From the NCBI RefSeq assembly GCF_001949145.1, contig NW_019091358.1, positions 4,124,238 through 4,162,456 on the forward strand: a stretch of DNA of 38,219 nucleotides, given 5' to 3'. This document shows positions 12,009 to 30,290 of this stretch, piece after piece (within the stretch, counting starts at the first letter, position 1; each line of letters opens with the position of its first letter). This stretch comes from Acanthaster planci (lineage: Eukaryota). Both the position numbers and the translations under genes were made by a program. Under the pieces are notes generated by a model that was not told where the DNA came from, did no database searches, and saw only the letters and a list, made by a program, of their open reading frames with translations.

Positions 12009-14769
12009 TGATGTTACAGGCTGGAAAAGGCCGTGAACTCTTTGTATAAATTACTAGCTTTTGGGAAACTTTATTTTCTTTTTCCTTTTAAATTTTTTTC
12101 AATTTTTTTGGAAGGGGGGATGGGGGGGTGGGTGGGATTATTTTTTGTTATGGTGAAACACTCCACTGTTTTGATTACTTGTTCTTGCCTTGCTGTGTTA
12201 CCTTTAAAGTTTTTGCTTTTCAAACTTTGGAGAGGTTACCTTGAGCAAATTTGGGTGCGCACTAATGATGACTGTTCATAGACAAGACTACCTCAGGTTT
12301 TTGTCATGCACTGTCATTCTTTCAGCAGTAGTAGTCTGCAGTTGGGTACCCAACTTTGCTCCTTCGCTGGCATAGGTTGAACAGTGACCGTGTCCTGTTG
12401 GGAAGTTGTGACCTTTCGCCGGAGCATGGTGTTAAAGGTCATGTTCGTAAATGTTCCAGATATAACCTCTGTCCAATATTTGATGCGCTACACCTGTGAA
12501 GGTCATACACTGAGCAGGACAAGTATCTCCTTGCTGCTGCTGGAGCAAGTTGAACATAATAAGCTTACCCGGTGGATAATTCAGTATTGCACCTGTGCAC
12601 ATCACGGTTGCTGATTTCTGCTGTGGAAAAAAAAAACCGCAGGAATAACCTTGAACAAGTCGATGGGGACCTTAACAAAAGTGTTTGAGCTCCTGAGAAT
12701 ATTTTGTCAATTTCAGTGGCAACCTCTGTTGCTTTGTGCGCATACGATGAATGGGTTATCCTAAAGTTGAAATAGTCCTGTGTGCTGATGAAGTATGATT
12801 GTATTTACTGCAGTGCATGGTGGGATAGAATAGGGGTTGTCCTATGTCATAGCAGGAGAAAAACCACCTGTAAGAGTTAATTTGATCAGAAGGCAGTGAA
12901 GGTGCAAACTTGCAGTTTCCAGTTGTTCAAGATAACTCTGGGAAATTTATAACAGTGATTGTTTACACACAGCACCTGCCCTTTTGAAACAGAAATAATC
13001 GTTTCATATGCTTGGGACAGCAGAGTATACACTGGTGACCCCGCATTCTATCCCACCAATGTAATATGGAAAACACAGTGATACGTCATCAGTACCTAGA
13101 GCTGTCGGCAAACTGTTGATGTGTGCATGCGCATCGGGGAAAGTGACCAACCGTCTTCTGACAGTAGTCTGCGGAGTTGATTACAAGTGACCGTTGGGCA
13201 CCTTTGTTCTTGTATCTAGCAAAAGGAACAGCAAGGCAAGGACAGAAAAGGACAACAGTGGATATTTTCACCATTGTGTTGTTACTTCAGTGGTTCATTC
13301 TGTTTGTTTCTTTTTTTTTTGGTGGGAGGGAGGCATGGGAATCTGAAACCGAACTTGTGCTTTTACTGCGAATCAGCAGACGCGATTGAATCAGCACTAA
13401 TTCAGCACTGTCAACCTGATCTATCCGGAGCTGTGTTCTCTGCAGGATTGCGGACGAATCTATCACCCTGTGGATTGTCACAGAGAAATTTTTAATTAAC
13501 ACCAAGTGTAACCCCTTGGCATTTTTTGTGAGGAATCCTGCAAAATTCAACCTCTTTCTGTAAGCTGTACTGCAGTTTGCATTGTCCTTCAAAAGAACCT
13601 GTTAAGTCCCATGTGAACTAACGGCATCTTGCATCACAGAATCTTAAATATGTATTACATATGAGGATGAGGTTGAACATTGGAGGATGGGGTTGGTTAG
13701 GGCTGCTAAATGCGGGAAGATCACACAATACAACAGAAAGTGTTGAAGAGGAATCTCGCCAAGTTTGGCGTGAATCTCTGAAACTCGTGTCAATCCCATT
13801 TAGAGATCATTACTTAGAATTATAATTCCCCCTAGAGAAAAAAAAACTATGTTGGTCATCAGCTGGGTTTTCTCCCCCCCTACATTTTTTTCTGGTGTGT
13901 TTTATTTGTAATATACCTCATCATTGTTAATATTTCTGTTTTCTGCATTTCCTAATTGTTATGAGTTCAGATTCCAGTCAGTATGATTAAAAGAAACACA
14001 ATAAAAGGAATGGAAGTCATCTTCGACTTTTATCACTGATAGCATCGTTGTGGATACATTTTTGTACTAAACCTTTAAAGATACGGAAAAAAAGTTACTG
14101 CTCTAATTATGCAAGCTGAAGCTAATTTCTTCATGCATTATCCTGCATTATGAGAACTGCAAATGAGAATTTTGTTTGAATTTCTTTTTGTGCTTCGTCA
14201 AGACAATTTTCAAGAGAGAGATGATTCCCATGCAGGATGATGTGTTCATTGACGTACAGATGTATTCAAATCTCTGTCTTGAATGGACATGTGTTGCCTT
14301 TGACATCGTGTACCCATGATGCATTGCATTATTCTGCACCTTTCAGTGGGAAAAGGACCGTTGATTTGTTGCAAGGAGGAGTAAGTTGATTATTTGTGTA
14401 CAAAATGAAAAAAGGAGTATGGGGTTGTTGGCAGATGTTGGTATGTTGTCAAGTGAACATGGAAACTTAACTTAAAGAACAGGGAGGGGGGTGATAGCTG
14501 ATGTTCATGTTTTTTGAAGTTTTTATCGTGCAGTTGGTCAGTTTTTATACTGTAGAACATTTGAGTGTTTATGTACTGTTAATGGTGGATGAGAGTGTTG
14601 GCAAAACACATTTGGAGCCTGTTTCATCGTCAGAACCGAAATTAATTTTTTCCCCTGAAAGAACATAGAGCAACAAGCTAGGAATGATATTTTTTTGGGT
14701 ATTTGGGAGTAACATTTGTGACTTTGTTCTGTGCTGTTCTGTAAGTAGGTCCTATCCTGCAAAAAATTG

Positions 14770-14775
14770 AATAAA
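14770..14775 (+). promoter_or_regulatory. Candidate polyadenylation signal of CDC34/UBE2R (another AATAAA at 14000-14005)
   Basis: AATAAA followed by a T-rich stretch, downstream of the stop at 12008; implies a 2.0-2.8 kb 3' UTR. No transcript evidence. Confidence 0.4.
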
Positions 14776-15451
14776 AAGTGGATAAATCTCTTATTTCCAT
14801 CATTTTCATTTTATTAATGTCAAATTGAGCAAGCAAATATTGCACATCCAATACCAATCAGCTCGAAGGCACTAATCTACCAATTGACAGCTCTGAATTA
14901 TTCATTTAATGTGTAAAACCCTGAAATGTGTGACTACTCACTTAATTTACAATTTTCCCAGCTCTTCAAATTGGCAATGAGTGTCAGCTTGCGATTTTAA
15001 TGTATGCTTGTAGCTTAACATGTTTCGCTGTCCCAACTGTTTTTGAAACTTTTGGGCATATTTTTCTCGGCAACTTTTTTAACTACAACCAAATGTTTAA
15101 AATTCTTTTGGAAAACACACATTCTAGGTTGACATTTTAGTACAAAGCTCTTTGTAACCTTTCCTACTTTTTTGTCTCTGTTGTTACCTAAATTATTTAG
15201 CTTTCTACATACATGTACACTACACTGTACAAGTAGTCAGATAGGTACGTGGGACTAGTGATAGAGTCAATAAATGTAAAGCCAAACCAAGTTTTTTGTA
15301 AACTGGGTTATTTTGCGTCAAGTTTCCAACTTGTCCGTGATGATTTCTGTTTGTGTTTAAGTTCAAACATAAGCCCATCACTGGAGATTTTGGAGCCAGC
15401 CGTCTCTTTGAAATTTATGAGAATGCTGGCTGGGTATGTTAGGTCTGGGGT

Positions 15452-15607
15452 AGGGGCGTAGCCACGTGGGACTGGCATGTGCCCCCCCCACTAAAAATAT
15501 GGATGAATGGATATTGAATAAGGCTAACAAAGGGTACAAAACCACACCACTGAAAGCTGGTACCCCCTTTTGCCCCCTCCCCTTATTAAAATCCTTGCTA
15601 CGCCTCT
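15452..15607. mobile_element. Harbinger/PIF-like MITE
   Basis: AGGGGCGTAGC ... GCTACGCCTCT termini with C-rich subterminal runs; family assignment inferred from terminus type. Confidence 0.6.
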
Positions 15608-16075
15608 GGTCTAGGAGAGGTTTTGAGTCATGTTGGCCTGGAAATGGTTATTTTTAAGGAGGCACTCTTATATGGTGGTCGGTCATGTTAGATATTGATC
15701 AGGTTCATCAGCTCAATTTCCGGATTCTTGAACTGGAGTCTCCTCCACCTGCCAGTCTCCACTTCAAGAACGTGCAACCACGTGAGACTAGTTGCTGGCA
15801 CCAAAAAGTGACCACTGGAATGCACATGGTGAGTGAGTAATGGGGTTTCATTATTTGCACTCAATCAGTAATTTTCGAGGACAGGAAGGGACACAAACTC
15901 TGCAAAAAGCCAAGTCTGAGATCACTCTCTTTGGGTGGGGGGTTGGCAGTACAAGACAACCTTACACAATATTCTGGCATTGTAAGGCATGGGCATGGTT
16001 TCAAAGCTGTGTGTTGGAAGGGAAATTAAACATGACAGAAATTTCTTCTTGATTTTGTGTGAGAACTTTGCCCTG

Positions 16076-16295
16076 ATGTGATTTCAAGCTATTCATGGTG
16101 ACAGACAACTAAGGTAGAAAGCTTGCAGTAGCACCATGCAAGGATACGATCTCTTTGTGAGTCTGTATGGTTCCCCTGATGACGGACAGAGCATACTGTC
16201 CGAAACGTTGAGTTCCTCACAGTTCTTTTCAGAACCATACAGACTCACAAAGAGATCGTATCCTTGCATGGTGCTACCGCAAGCTTTCCACCTTA
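16076..16295. mobile_element. Penelope-like retroelement-derived palindromic insertion
   Basis: Arms 16110-16173 and 16232-16295 are 62/64 reverse-complementary; flanked by direct repeat AACTTTGCCCTG (16064-16075 and 16295-16306); 34-nt unpaired extension at 16076-16109; hammerhead core in the loop. Confidence 0.75.
16173..16212 (+). ncRNA. Minimal type I hammerhead ribozyme motif
   Basis: CUGAUGA (16176-16182), C, stem II GGACAG/CUGUCC with loop AGCAUA, GAAA (16202-16205), then CGUU. Palindromic ACGU replaces stem III; stem I (CCC/GAG) is weak. Confidence 0.72.
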
Positions 16296-17551
16296 ACTTT
16301 GCCCTGCTTCTACAGTTGTTCATTTGTGAACCAGTTGCAGCAGCCATGCCATCAAGTGATCTTCAAGAACAGCTGACTAGATATAGCTTTGACAACTGCC
16401 ACATACATGTACATGCAAGAGTTACGCTGCTGAGAGTTTTTCCAAAAATTTGGAAGCAAAGAAGAAATTCAGGTCAACAGCCAAACTCCCGAGTGAAGTC
16501 TGTTTGTGTGACTGGTACTAAGCTGACTTTTGCACAGTAGACAAATGTACTCAACAGTATTGTCTTCTTGTATCAAGATCTCCAGGAAATTGGATTCAAT
16601 TTAATCCCCATTCTTGGGCAGCTGCATGTAGGTACATGTACCTGTATCTCTGTGTTGGGGCTTTTGTTTTGATGCAGCTTGACCATATGGTCACCGAGTT
16701 GTCCACAGGATAATTTGGTAATTGTGCTGGTATGTGTATCACACATTGAGGGAATAATTTGCAGGGGTTGGTCACGGCAGTAATGCATTGTGTTGCTCAC
16801 CCCTTCGTTGTGCTGTCTTGGTCCAAGTGTGGGGTCAGTCTCTCTGATTGGTCAGTGGTAACCATAAGGGACAGCTAACCAATTGGAGGTCATATTTCTA
16901 AATGATATTGCTCAAGTTCGACCACTGGGGCAGATGTTGGCTGACTTGCTGTCAATTTTCCTAAGTTCATTTTGATCTTCCTTTACAGTCATGGCACCAG
17001 GCAAAATAACATTAATCTTTGGACTGATTTGATTACCATGAACATCAGCTCTGACAAAGGTTTGGGCATGGTGAAGCCAATTTTCCAAGGGAACTTGGTT
17101 GCACACACTCCCCCATAAACGGCAAATGTGTTGTGTTGGTATGAAGTGACCACAACAACCTACCCATCACTATGCCTCTTTAAAATGCTGATTTTGTTAA
17201 ACTTAATGGAGGGCATATTAAGTGAATGTTAATTCAACCTGGGCACAGATTTGTGTATGGATCTATTTTTGATTATGTCACATTGGACTGCCTTTTGGAG
17301 GGTGTTTCGGGCCACAGTGGGGGATTCTGCTTAGATTCTGCAGTCTAGGCCGAGCAGAATTTGATGACAAAGGCTCGAAATTAATTGGAATTAAATACTA
17401 TTTAATTAGGTTCCAAGATGGACTATTTTCGGCTGTGGGTGAAACGGGTTGGCTGACATAAATACTAATGCAGATAATCTGAATATACATCAGGCTGGAT
17501 TCAGGAAAGCAGGGTGCCCTCAAAATTTGCCCAAAACTGTGGCAGTCAAAA

Positions 17552-17856
17552 GGACAAATAGCCATCACAGTTACTGCTGATCAGACTTAAATATCTTTTC
17601 AAAGGAATGAATTTTAAACTTTGGTGGTGATCAGTTTGAAGTGGGTGGAATTATAAGAAAGCTGTGCAAAGATAAACTTCAAATACATTTCAGAATTTTT
17701 GGCATGGACAAATAGCCATTGCAGTTACTACTGATCAGACTTAAATATCTTTTTCAAAGTAATACATTTTTAAATTTTGGTGGTGATTAGCTCAAAGTGG
17801 GTGGAATTATAAGGAAGCTGTGCAATGATAAAATTCAAATACAAGAAGTTTTGGCA
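17552..17856. repeat. Two-copy tandem repeat, unit about 153 bp
   Basis: GGACAAATAGCCAT...CTGATCAGACTTAAATATCTTTT...AAGTGGGTGGAATTATAAG...TTCAAATACA...TTTTGGCA occurs at 17552 and 17706. Confidence 0.9.
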
Positions 17857-17868
17857 GGGAATATCATG

Positions 17869-17945
17869 GATTTCTAAACTCGCATGTCGAGTTTAGAAAT
17901 CGAGTTTAGAAAACCGAGTGGCAACCATGTTGCCACTCAGTTTTC
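17869..17945. repeat. Two adjacent short inverted repeats
   Basis: GATTTCTAAACTCG-catgt-CGAGTTTAGAAATC (14/14) and GAAAACCGAGTGGCAAC-cat-GTTGCCACTCAGTTTTC (16/17). Confidence 0.85.
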
Positions 17946-19021
17946 AAAATCTTTAGATCAGGCAGCCACTCTCATTGACCACATTTTGCGGTAGCACCTG
18001 TTGTCACCCACACGCACAAAATTAAAGTCCCTAAAGCAAAACTTCCACAGACTTTGTGCTAAGTCATTAACTGCCAAATCATTAATAAGTTGATTGCTGT
18101 GATCTACATGTGCATTGCTCACTGTGATCTACAGATAACAAATACATTGACCTTTGCCCCATCCCCAACTTGCAGGTGACTGACAAACTTGGCAAACTGT
18201 GTTACTGATCTAATGTACAAACGAGTTTGACACAAGTCCACAGGCAAAACAAAAACCACCTGGCAACTTGTCATCAAGTCTAAACGTCTTGTAAATAATT
18301 TCTTTAATCTCTTTAAAGGCTAAAACTAGCACATTCTCTTGGACAGGTTCAAATGAATGGTCTACAATATTACCAGGAATTTGTTTAGAATTTGAAAAAA
18401 AAGAAATCTATGTCATGTATTTTCTTTCAAAATTAAAATAACAGTTCTAAAAATGGTGGGACTTGGGGATCAGATGCATTGGTTTTTGTCTTCCTTTAAA
18501 TTTCATATAAAATGAACATCAAGAATAGGAATCTAATAGGAAAATGAAAACCTCTGTTAACAAATACCTGCAAAACTGTGTGGCTGTTGAGAAGATATAC
18601 AACCTTTAACTCTTTCAGTAAAACATAAATACTGGCACCAAGTTTTGCCCCAAATTGCACGTTCGCAATACAAATCTATGCAGACCAGATTATCCCGGGT
18701 TTGCACAAGTGTCGTTTACCAAAATAAACCTGACGGTCGGTACAGTACTCAAACTACGATGTGCCGAGTACTATACCAAAATTGGCTCTATTTTCAGTGA
18801 ACACTTATGACAAACTTTGCTTCGGGAGGACGCCATGTTTGTTGATGTTGATACCCACTATAGGTCATGTGACTTAGCAGGCACAATCGGTTCTAGTGGA
18901 AAATTTGGAAACAGTATCCTGCAAACGGGACTGAAAATATTCAACAGTTATAAATGATTTTTGATGGGTGGTTTGCTGCTGTGCTTCCACTTATTTGACT
19001 TACACGTAACTGGTGAGCTGA

Positions 19022-19190
19022 CCCTGTTAGCTCAGTGGTCAGGTGGTTAAAATGTCTGCACTATGTCATGGGTTTGAGACCCACCTGAGAAATCTTGTGG
19101 AATTTTATAAAAAGCCCTTCCTTGGACGGTACTGAGTATACTGACTTTAAATACACAATGGTGAAGGGCAAAATACCCAAAATTCAAAAG
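19022..19190 (+). mobile_element. Degenerate tRNA-derived SINE
   Basis: Pol III A-box-like TAGCTCAGTGG (19028-19038) and B-box-like GGTTTGAGACC (19071-19081) at tRNA-like spacing, no full cloverleaf. The 3' boundary is approximate. Confidence 0.5.
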
Positions 19191-19339
19191 GTTATTAATG
19201 ACACCTCACTTACGAGGAGAACTTTGCGTTTCAAGGAAAACAGTCAACCCTTGGGTGTGCACTCAAGCAAACACTGCCAACATTCACCAAACGTTTTCCA
19301 ATGAATTTGCAAGAAAAAGATTGCAAGTGCTGGCATCTT

Positions 19340-19444
19340 GTAACTTAGCCCTCATTCTAGGAAGATGGGTTATATAATGTTAATGTTTGCGATCATTTTC
19401 TTCAAATCTAATGGAACATTCTTCCTGAATGAGGGCTCGGTTAC
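19340..19444. mobile_element. Small (~105 bp) inverted-repeat element
   Basis: GTAACTTAGCCCTCATTCTAGGAAGATG versus reverse complement of the right end GTAACCGAGCCCTCATTCAGGAAGAATG. Confidence 0.6.
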
Positions 19445-20643
19445 GTGGTAATGGGATATACAGGTTTCAGAAAAGTTCCCAGCTAAAAGGAATCGAGCTG
19501 CGATTTGTATTACACTTGACCGATGCAGTAGATCACTAAAATGTAATATCCAGAAATGTGCAATGGATCATTAAAAACAAAGGCAACTTGACGGAAATCT
19601 TCAGACACCTTATGTAGATTGAAATTGTAACTCATCAATTTTGGGCACNCTGTGTGGTGGTGTACTAGCTAATAAATGCCTTTTCCACTAATCCAAAATA
19701 AATTACATAACTTCTATATAGACTTTACTTATCACCACCGTGCATTTATACTCATCTAGATTCTTAAGTTCTTGTTTTAGAAAAAAATTGCTAGGATAAG
19801 ATCAAGGTATACTTGGATCAAGTAAATTTTTCATGCAATCGATTTGTTTCGGAATGTATGTGGCCTGCAGTGTTAGAAATTCTTTTTAAGAGATTCATAT
19901 CATTGACAGAATGTAGGTGGCCCAAAGGAGGTCTTGATTTTTTTCCTTTTCTTTCCCAAGGGGACACAAATGAGCAAACATTCTACTGGGCACACACATA
20001 TACAAAATGCCCCCAAGATGGCCACTGCATGTAAGAATTCCATAGAGGATATGTTGTCATGTGACTGTCAATAGAGTTTGGATGGTAAGCCTGTGTGGGT
20101 AGGCTTCCACGGCATTAAGGGGAGGAATTTCTCTTGTAAGGAAGTAAGAACTGATTTGTGGGGACAACAAAATCTGTCCATGTAATGTTTTCGGTCTCCA
20201 CAATGTCTCCATTGCAACACATGTGCTGTCCCCATAACTGCTGTCCCCACAACCTGGTAATGGGTACATGTATGTGTTTGCATGTATATGCAAGCATGTG
20301 CATGTCTAGGATAGTAACACTGCTATCAAGCTTAACGCACACATTGTACAAGTGTGCTATAATGGTAATATCGTAAAACACTGCTCACATGGGCCAGTGA
20401 CATCATCTACACACCTCCTACACCCTTTTCTTTGCTCCCAGAAGCTTGACTTTTTGGTGGATGGTTGGGCACAGAAAGTTGGGCCACATTTGAAATTTTG
20501 TGCTTCCTGTAAAAGCTGTTTGAGTTGCGTAAGCTCATGCACAGATCCATTCAAAATATTGTCTGTACGTTATTGAAGTTAGATTCAGAATTACATGTAG
20601 TTCAAACAAGTGTTTGAAGTTTGGCTTAATAGGGGAGTATCTT

Positions 20644-27530
<6,887 letters not shown>

Positions 27531-28112
27531 TGTACTGGCTTTTTCAGTGCTAAAGTAAGGAAACCAGCTGGATCACTGCAAATGATGAATAACGTTTCTT
27601 GCAATCTTGTAGGCAAATATTTCGTACATTTGCTCTAGGTTTGCCGCATCAGCTGCGGAGGCCATCANNNNNNNNNNNNNNNNNNNNNNNNNNNNNNNNN
27701 NNNNNNNNNNNNNNNNNNNNNNNNNNNNNNNNNNNNNNNNNNNNNNNNNNNNNNNNNNNNNNNNNNNNNNNNNNNNNNNNNNNNNNNNNNNNNNNNNNNN
27801 NNNNNNNNNNNNNNNNNNNNNNNNNNNNNNNNNNNNNNNNNNNNNNNNNNNNNNNNNNNNNNNNNNNNNNNNNNNNNNNNNNNNNNNNNNNNNNNNNNNN
27901 NNNNNNNNNNNNNNNNNNNNNNNNNNNNNNNNNNNNNNNNNNNNNNNNNNNNNNNNNNNNNNNNNNNNNNNNNNNNNNNNNNNNNNNNNNNNNNNNNNNN
28001 NNNNNCACTAAACTGATATGCTTTCAACTAAAGAGGGCGCTTCACTCACAGGCTGCTCATATCATATACGCGACGGTTGAGGACATGTGCCAAAAGTTTA
28101 GGGGCGCCCACA

Positions 28113-28120
28113 TGACGTCA
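28113..28120. promoter_or_regulatory. Perfect CRE/ATF palindrome upstream of GALT
   Basis: TGACGTCA in a locally CpG-rich patch upstream of the GALT ATG, across a gap. Function not shown. Confidence 0.25.
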
Positions 28121-29929
28121 TCATCTGATAGCCTGCCTTGATTCATAGAGGGTCCAGTCCAGTAATTCAAGCGATAATTTCTGGCCAGCTCATTAGCATT
28201 AAAAGTGTCCCCACAGTATCTTTTTAAAAAGGAGATTGTACATTGTACAGGCCCGTTGTCTGACCATAGACTGGGGGGGGGGGTTTCGTCAAACCCAAAA
28301 GTGGAACTTTTGGCACTGTGAACACATTATGTTTATGCAAAGGCCTATTATAATGTGCTTTGGAACACAACATCGAACAAGTTCCATGTTACGTTTGTCG
28401 CAAACCGAAGGATGCATGTAACAATTGTATAGGACCCTTACTTCAGCTTTCAAGTTTACAGCGTATTGTAAATTGGCCTGGTAGTGGGGATGTATTTGCT
28501 CTTCACCCAGCACCTTGAAACGCAGCGTNNNNNNNNNNNNNNNNNNNNNNNNNNNNNNNNNNNNNNNNNNNNNNNNNNNNNNNNNNNNNNNNNNNNNNNN
28601 NNNNNNNNNNNNNNNNNNNNNNNNNNNNNNNNNNNNNNNNNNNNNNNNNNNNNNNNNNNNNNNNNNNNNNNNNNNNNNNNNNNNNNNNNNNNNNNNNNNN
28701 NNNNNNNNNNNNNNNNNNNNNNNNNNNNNNNNNNNNNNNNNNNNNNNNNNNNNNNNNNNNNNNNNNNNNNNNNNNNNNNNNNNNNNNNNNNNNNNNNNNN
28801 NNNNNNNNNNNNNNNNNNNNNNNNNNNNNNNNNNNNNNNNNNNNNNNNNNNNNNNNNNNNNNNNNNNNNNNNNNNNNNNNNNNNNNNNNNNNNNNNNNNN
28901 NNNNNNNNNNNNNNNNNNNNNNNNNNNNNNNNNNNNNNNNNNNNNNNNNNNNNNNNNNNNNNNNNNNNNNNNNNNNNNNNNNNNNNNNNNNNNNNNNNNN
29001 NNNNNNNNNNNNNNNNNNNNNNNNNNNNNNNNNNNNNNNNNNNNNNNNNNNNNNNNNNNNNNNNNNNNNNNNNNNNNNNNNNNNNNNNNNNNNNNNNNNN
29101 NNNNNNNNNNNNNNNNNNNNNNNNNNNNNNNNNNNNNNNNNNNNNNNNNNNNNNNNNNNNNNNNNNNNNNNNNNNNNNNNNNNNNNNNNNNNNNNNNNNN
29201 NNNNNNNNNNNNNNNNNNNNNNNNNNNNNNNNNNNNNNNNNNNNNNNNNNNNNNNNNNNNNAAATTCTTGAAAATATAAACAGCTGCTTTGGAAAATCAA
29301 ATTAAATGCAAATGATAATAAACTAACTACTTTGGAAAAAAATGCCCACGAAAATAAAAAATAGTTGCCTTTGAAAATTACAATGTAGCTGCTTTGGAAA
29401 ATATAAATAGCGGTGGCACCAACGGGCTTTTGTAGTGCGTTGCGAACTTTCAAAGGAATTCGCTCGTCCCCACCCCGGCACCCTCACCTACAGGGCACTG
29501 GGCCATGCAATGAGGTAAAGGCAAATTGCACCCTTCTGTGGGGACGAGCAAATCATTGGAAAGAAGCGCCGTTGTGACTGCGCGCGGAATTTTAACTGGG
29601 CGCCGGTGCTCTCGTGGTGATTTTATGAATTTTATAATTTTCACTGAGTTTTATTTATATTTAATGCCGGTATTTTTTTAAAAATCTTTTTAACGTAGGA
29701 AAATGTGGACGAAGCAAGCTGGGCTGGCTGACAAGGCTGCGTGAATGTAACAGATGATAAATGAATGACAGGCAAATGTTCCGGGCTTGGCCGGTCATGG
29801 CATGCACAGGCAAATTGATGGGAACAATTCAAGACTCAAGATACATGGTAGGCCTACCTGGTTCTTGGTAGAAGGAGGGAGGGACGGGGGCAATGTTTTA
29901 TGCTTGTTTATATTAGGTAGCCCATTCCA

Positions 29930-30290
29930 TCTTGCTTATGCCTTTTCTTGCCTGTGCCCTTTCTTGCCTTTATGCCCATTCTTGCCCATGCCCCTTCTTG
30001 CCTATATGCCCTTTTTTGCCTATATGCCCCTCTTACCTATGCCCCTTCTTGCCTATATGCCCTTTTTTGCCTATATGCCCCTTCTTACCTATGCCCTTTC
30101 TTGCCTTTATGCCCATTCTTGCCCATGCCCCTTCTTGCCTTTATGCCCATTCTTGCCCATGCCCCTTCTTGCCTATAGGGGCCTATGCCCTTTCTTGCCT
30201 GTATGCCCCTTCTTGCCTATATGCCCTTTTTTGCCTGTATGCCCCTTCTTGCCTATATGCCTTTTCTTGTCCATGCCATTTCTTGCTTGT
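29930..30290. repeat. Minisatellite, ~17-19 bp unit TTCTTGCC(T/C)ATATGCCC, decaying toward 30495
   Basis: Many imperfect copies with higher-order blocks; generates the spurious CPFLP/MPLLA ORFs. Confidence 0.92.

Noticed and set aside
14621..14637. Second hammerhead-like match on the - strand (CTGACGA-T-GAAAC)
   Set aside because: No room for stem II between the core boxes.
16093..16540. Mirror-image ORFs on both strands sharing MQGYDLFVSLYGS
   Set aside because: A consequence of the 64-bp inverted repeat, not coding.
18313..18608. Possible TTAAAGG...CCTTTAA (Kolobok-like) MITE
   Set aside because: The inverted match is only about 7-8 nt; insufficient.
19022..19090. Possible tRNA gene
   Set aside because: A and B boxes are present, but there is no acceptor or anticodon stem; treated as a SINE relic.
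28507..28528. Alternative GALT exon 1 candidate (TLRFKVL|gtgaag) at a gap edge
   Set aside because: 27506-27530 has an ATG, the correct phase and the better-fitting FDPK-EH sequence.
29930..30290. Possible CRISPR-like array
   Set aside because: No unique spacers, no cas genes, eukaryotic context.
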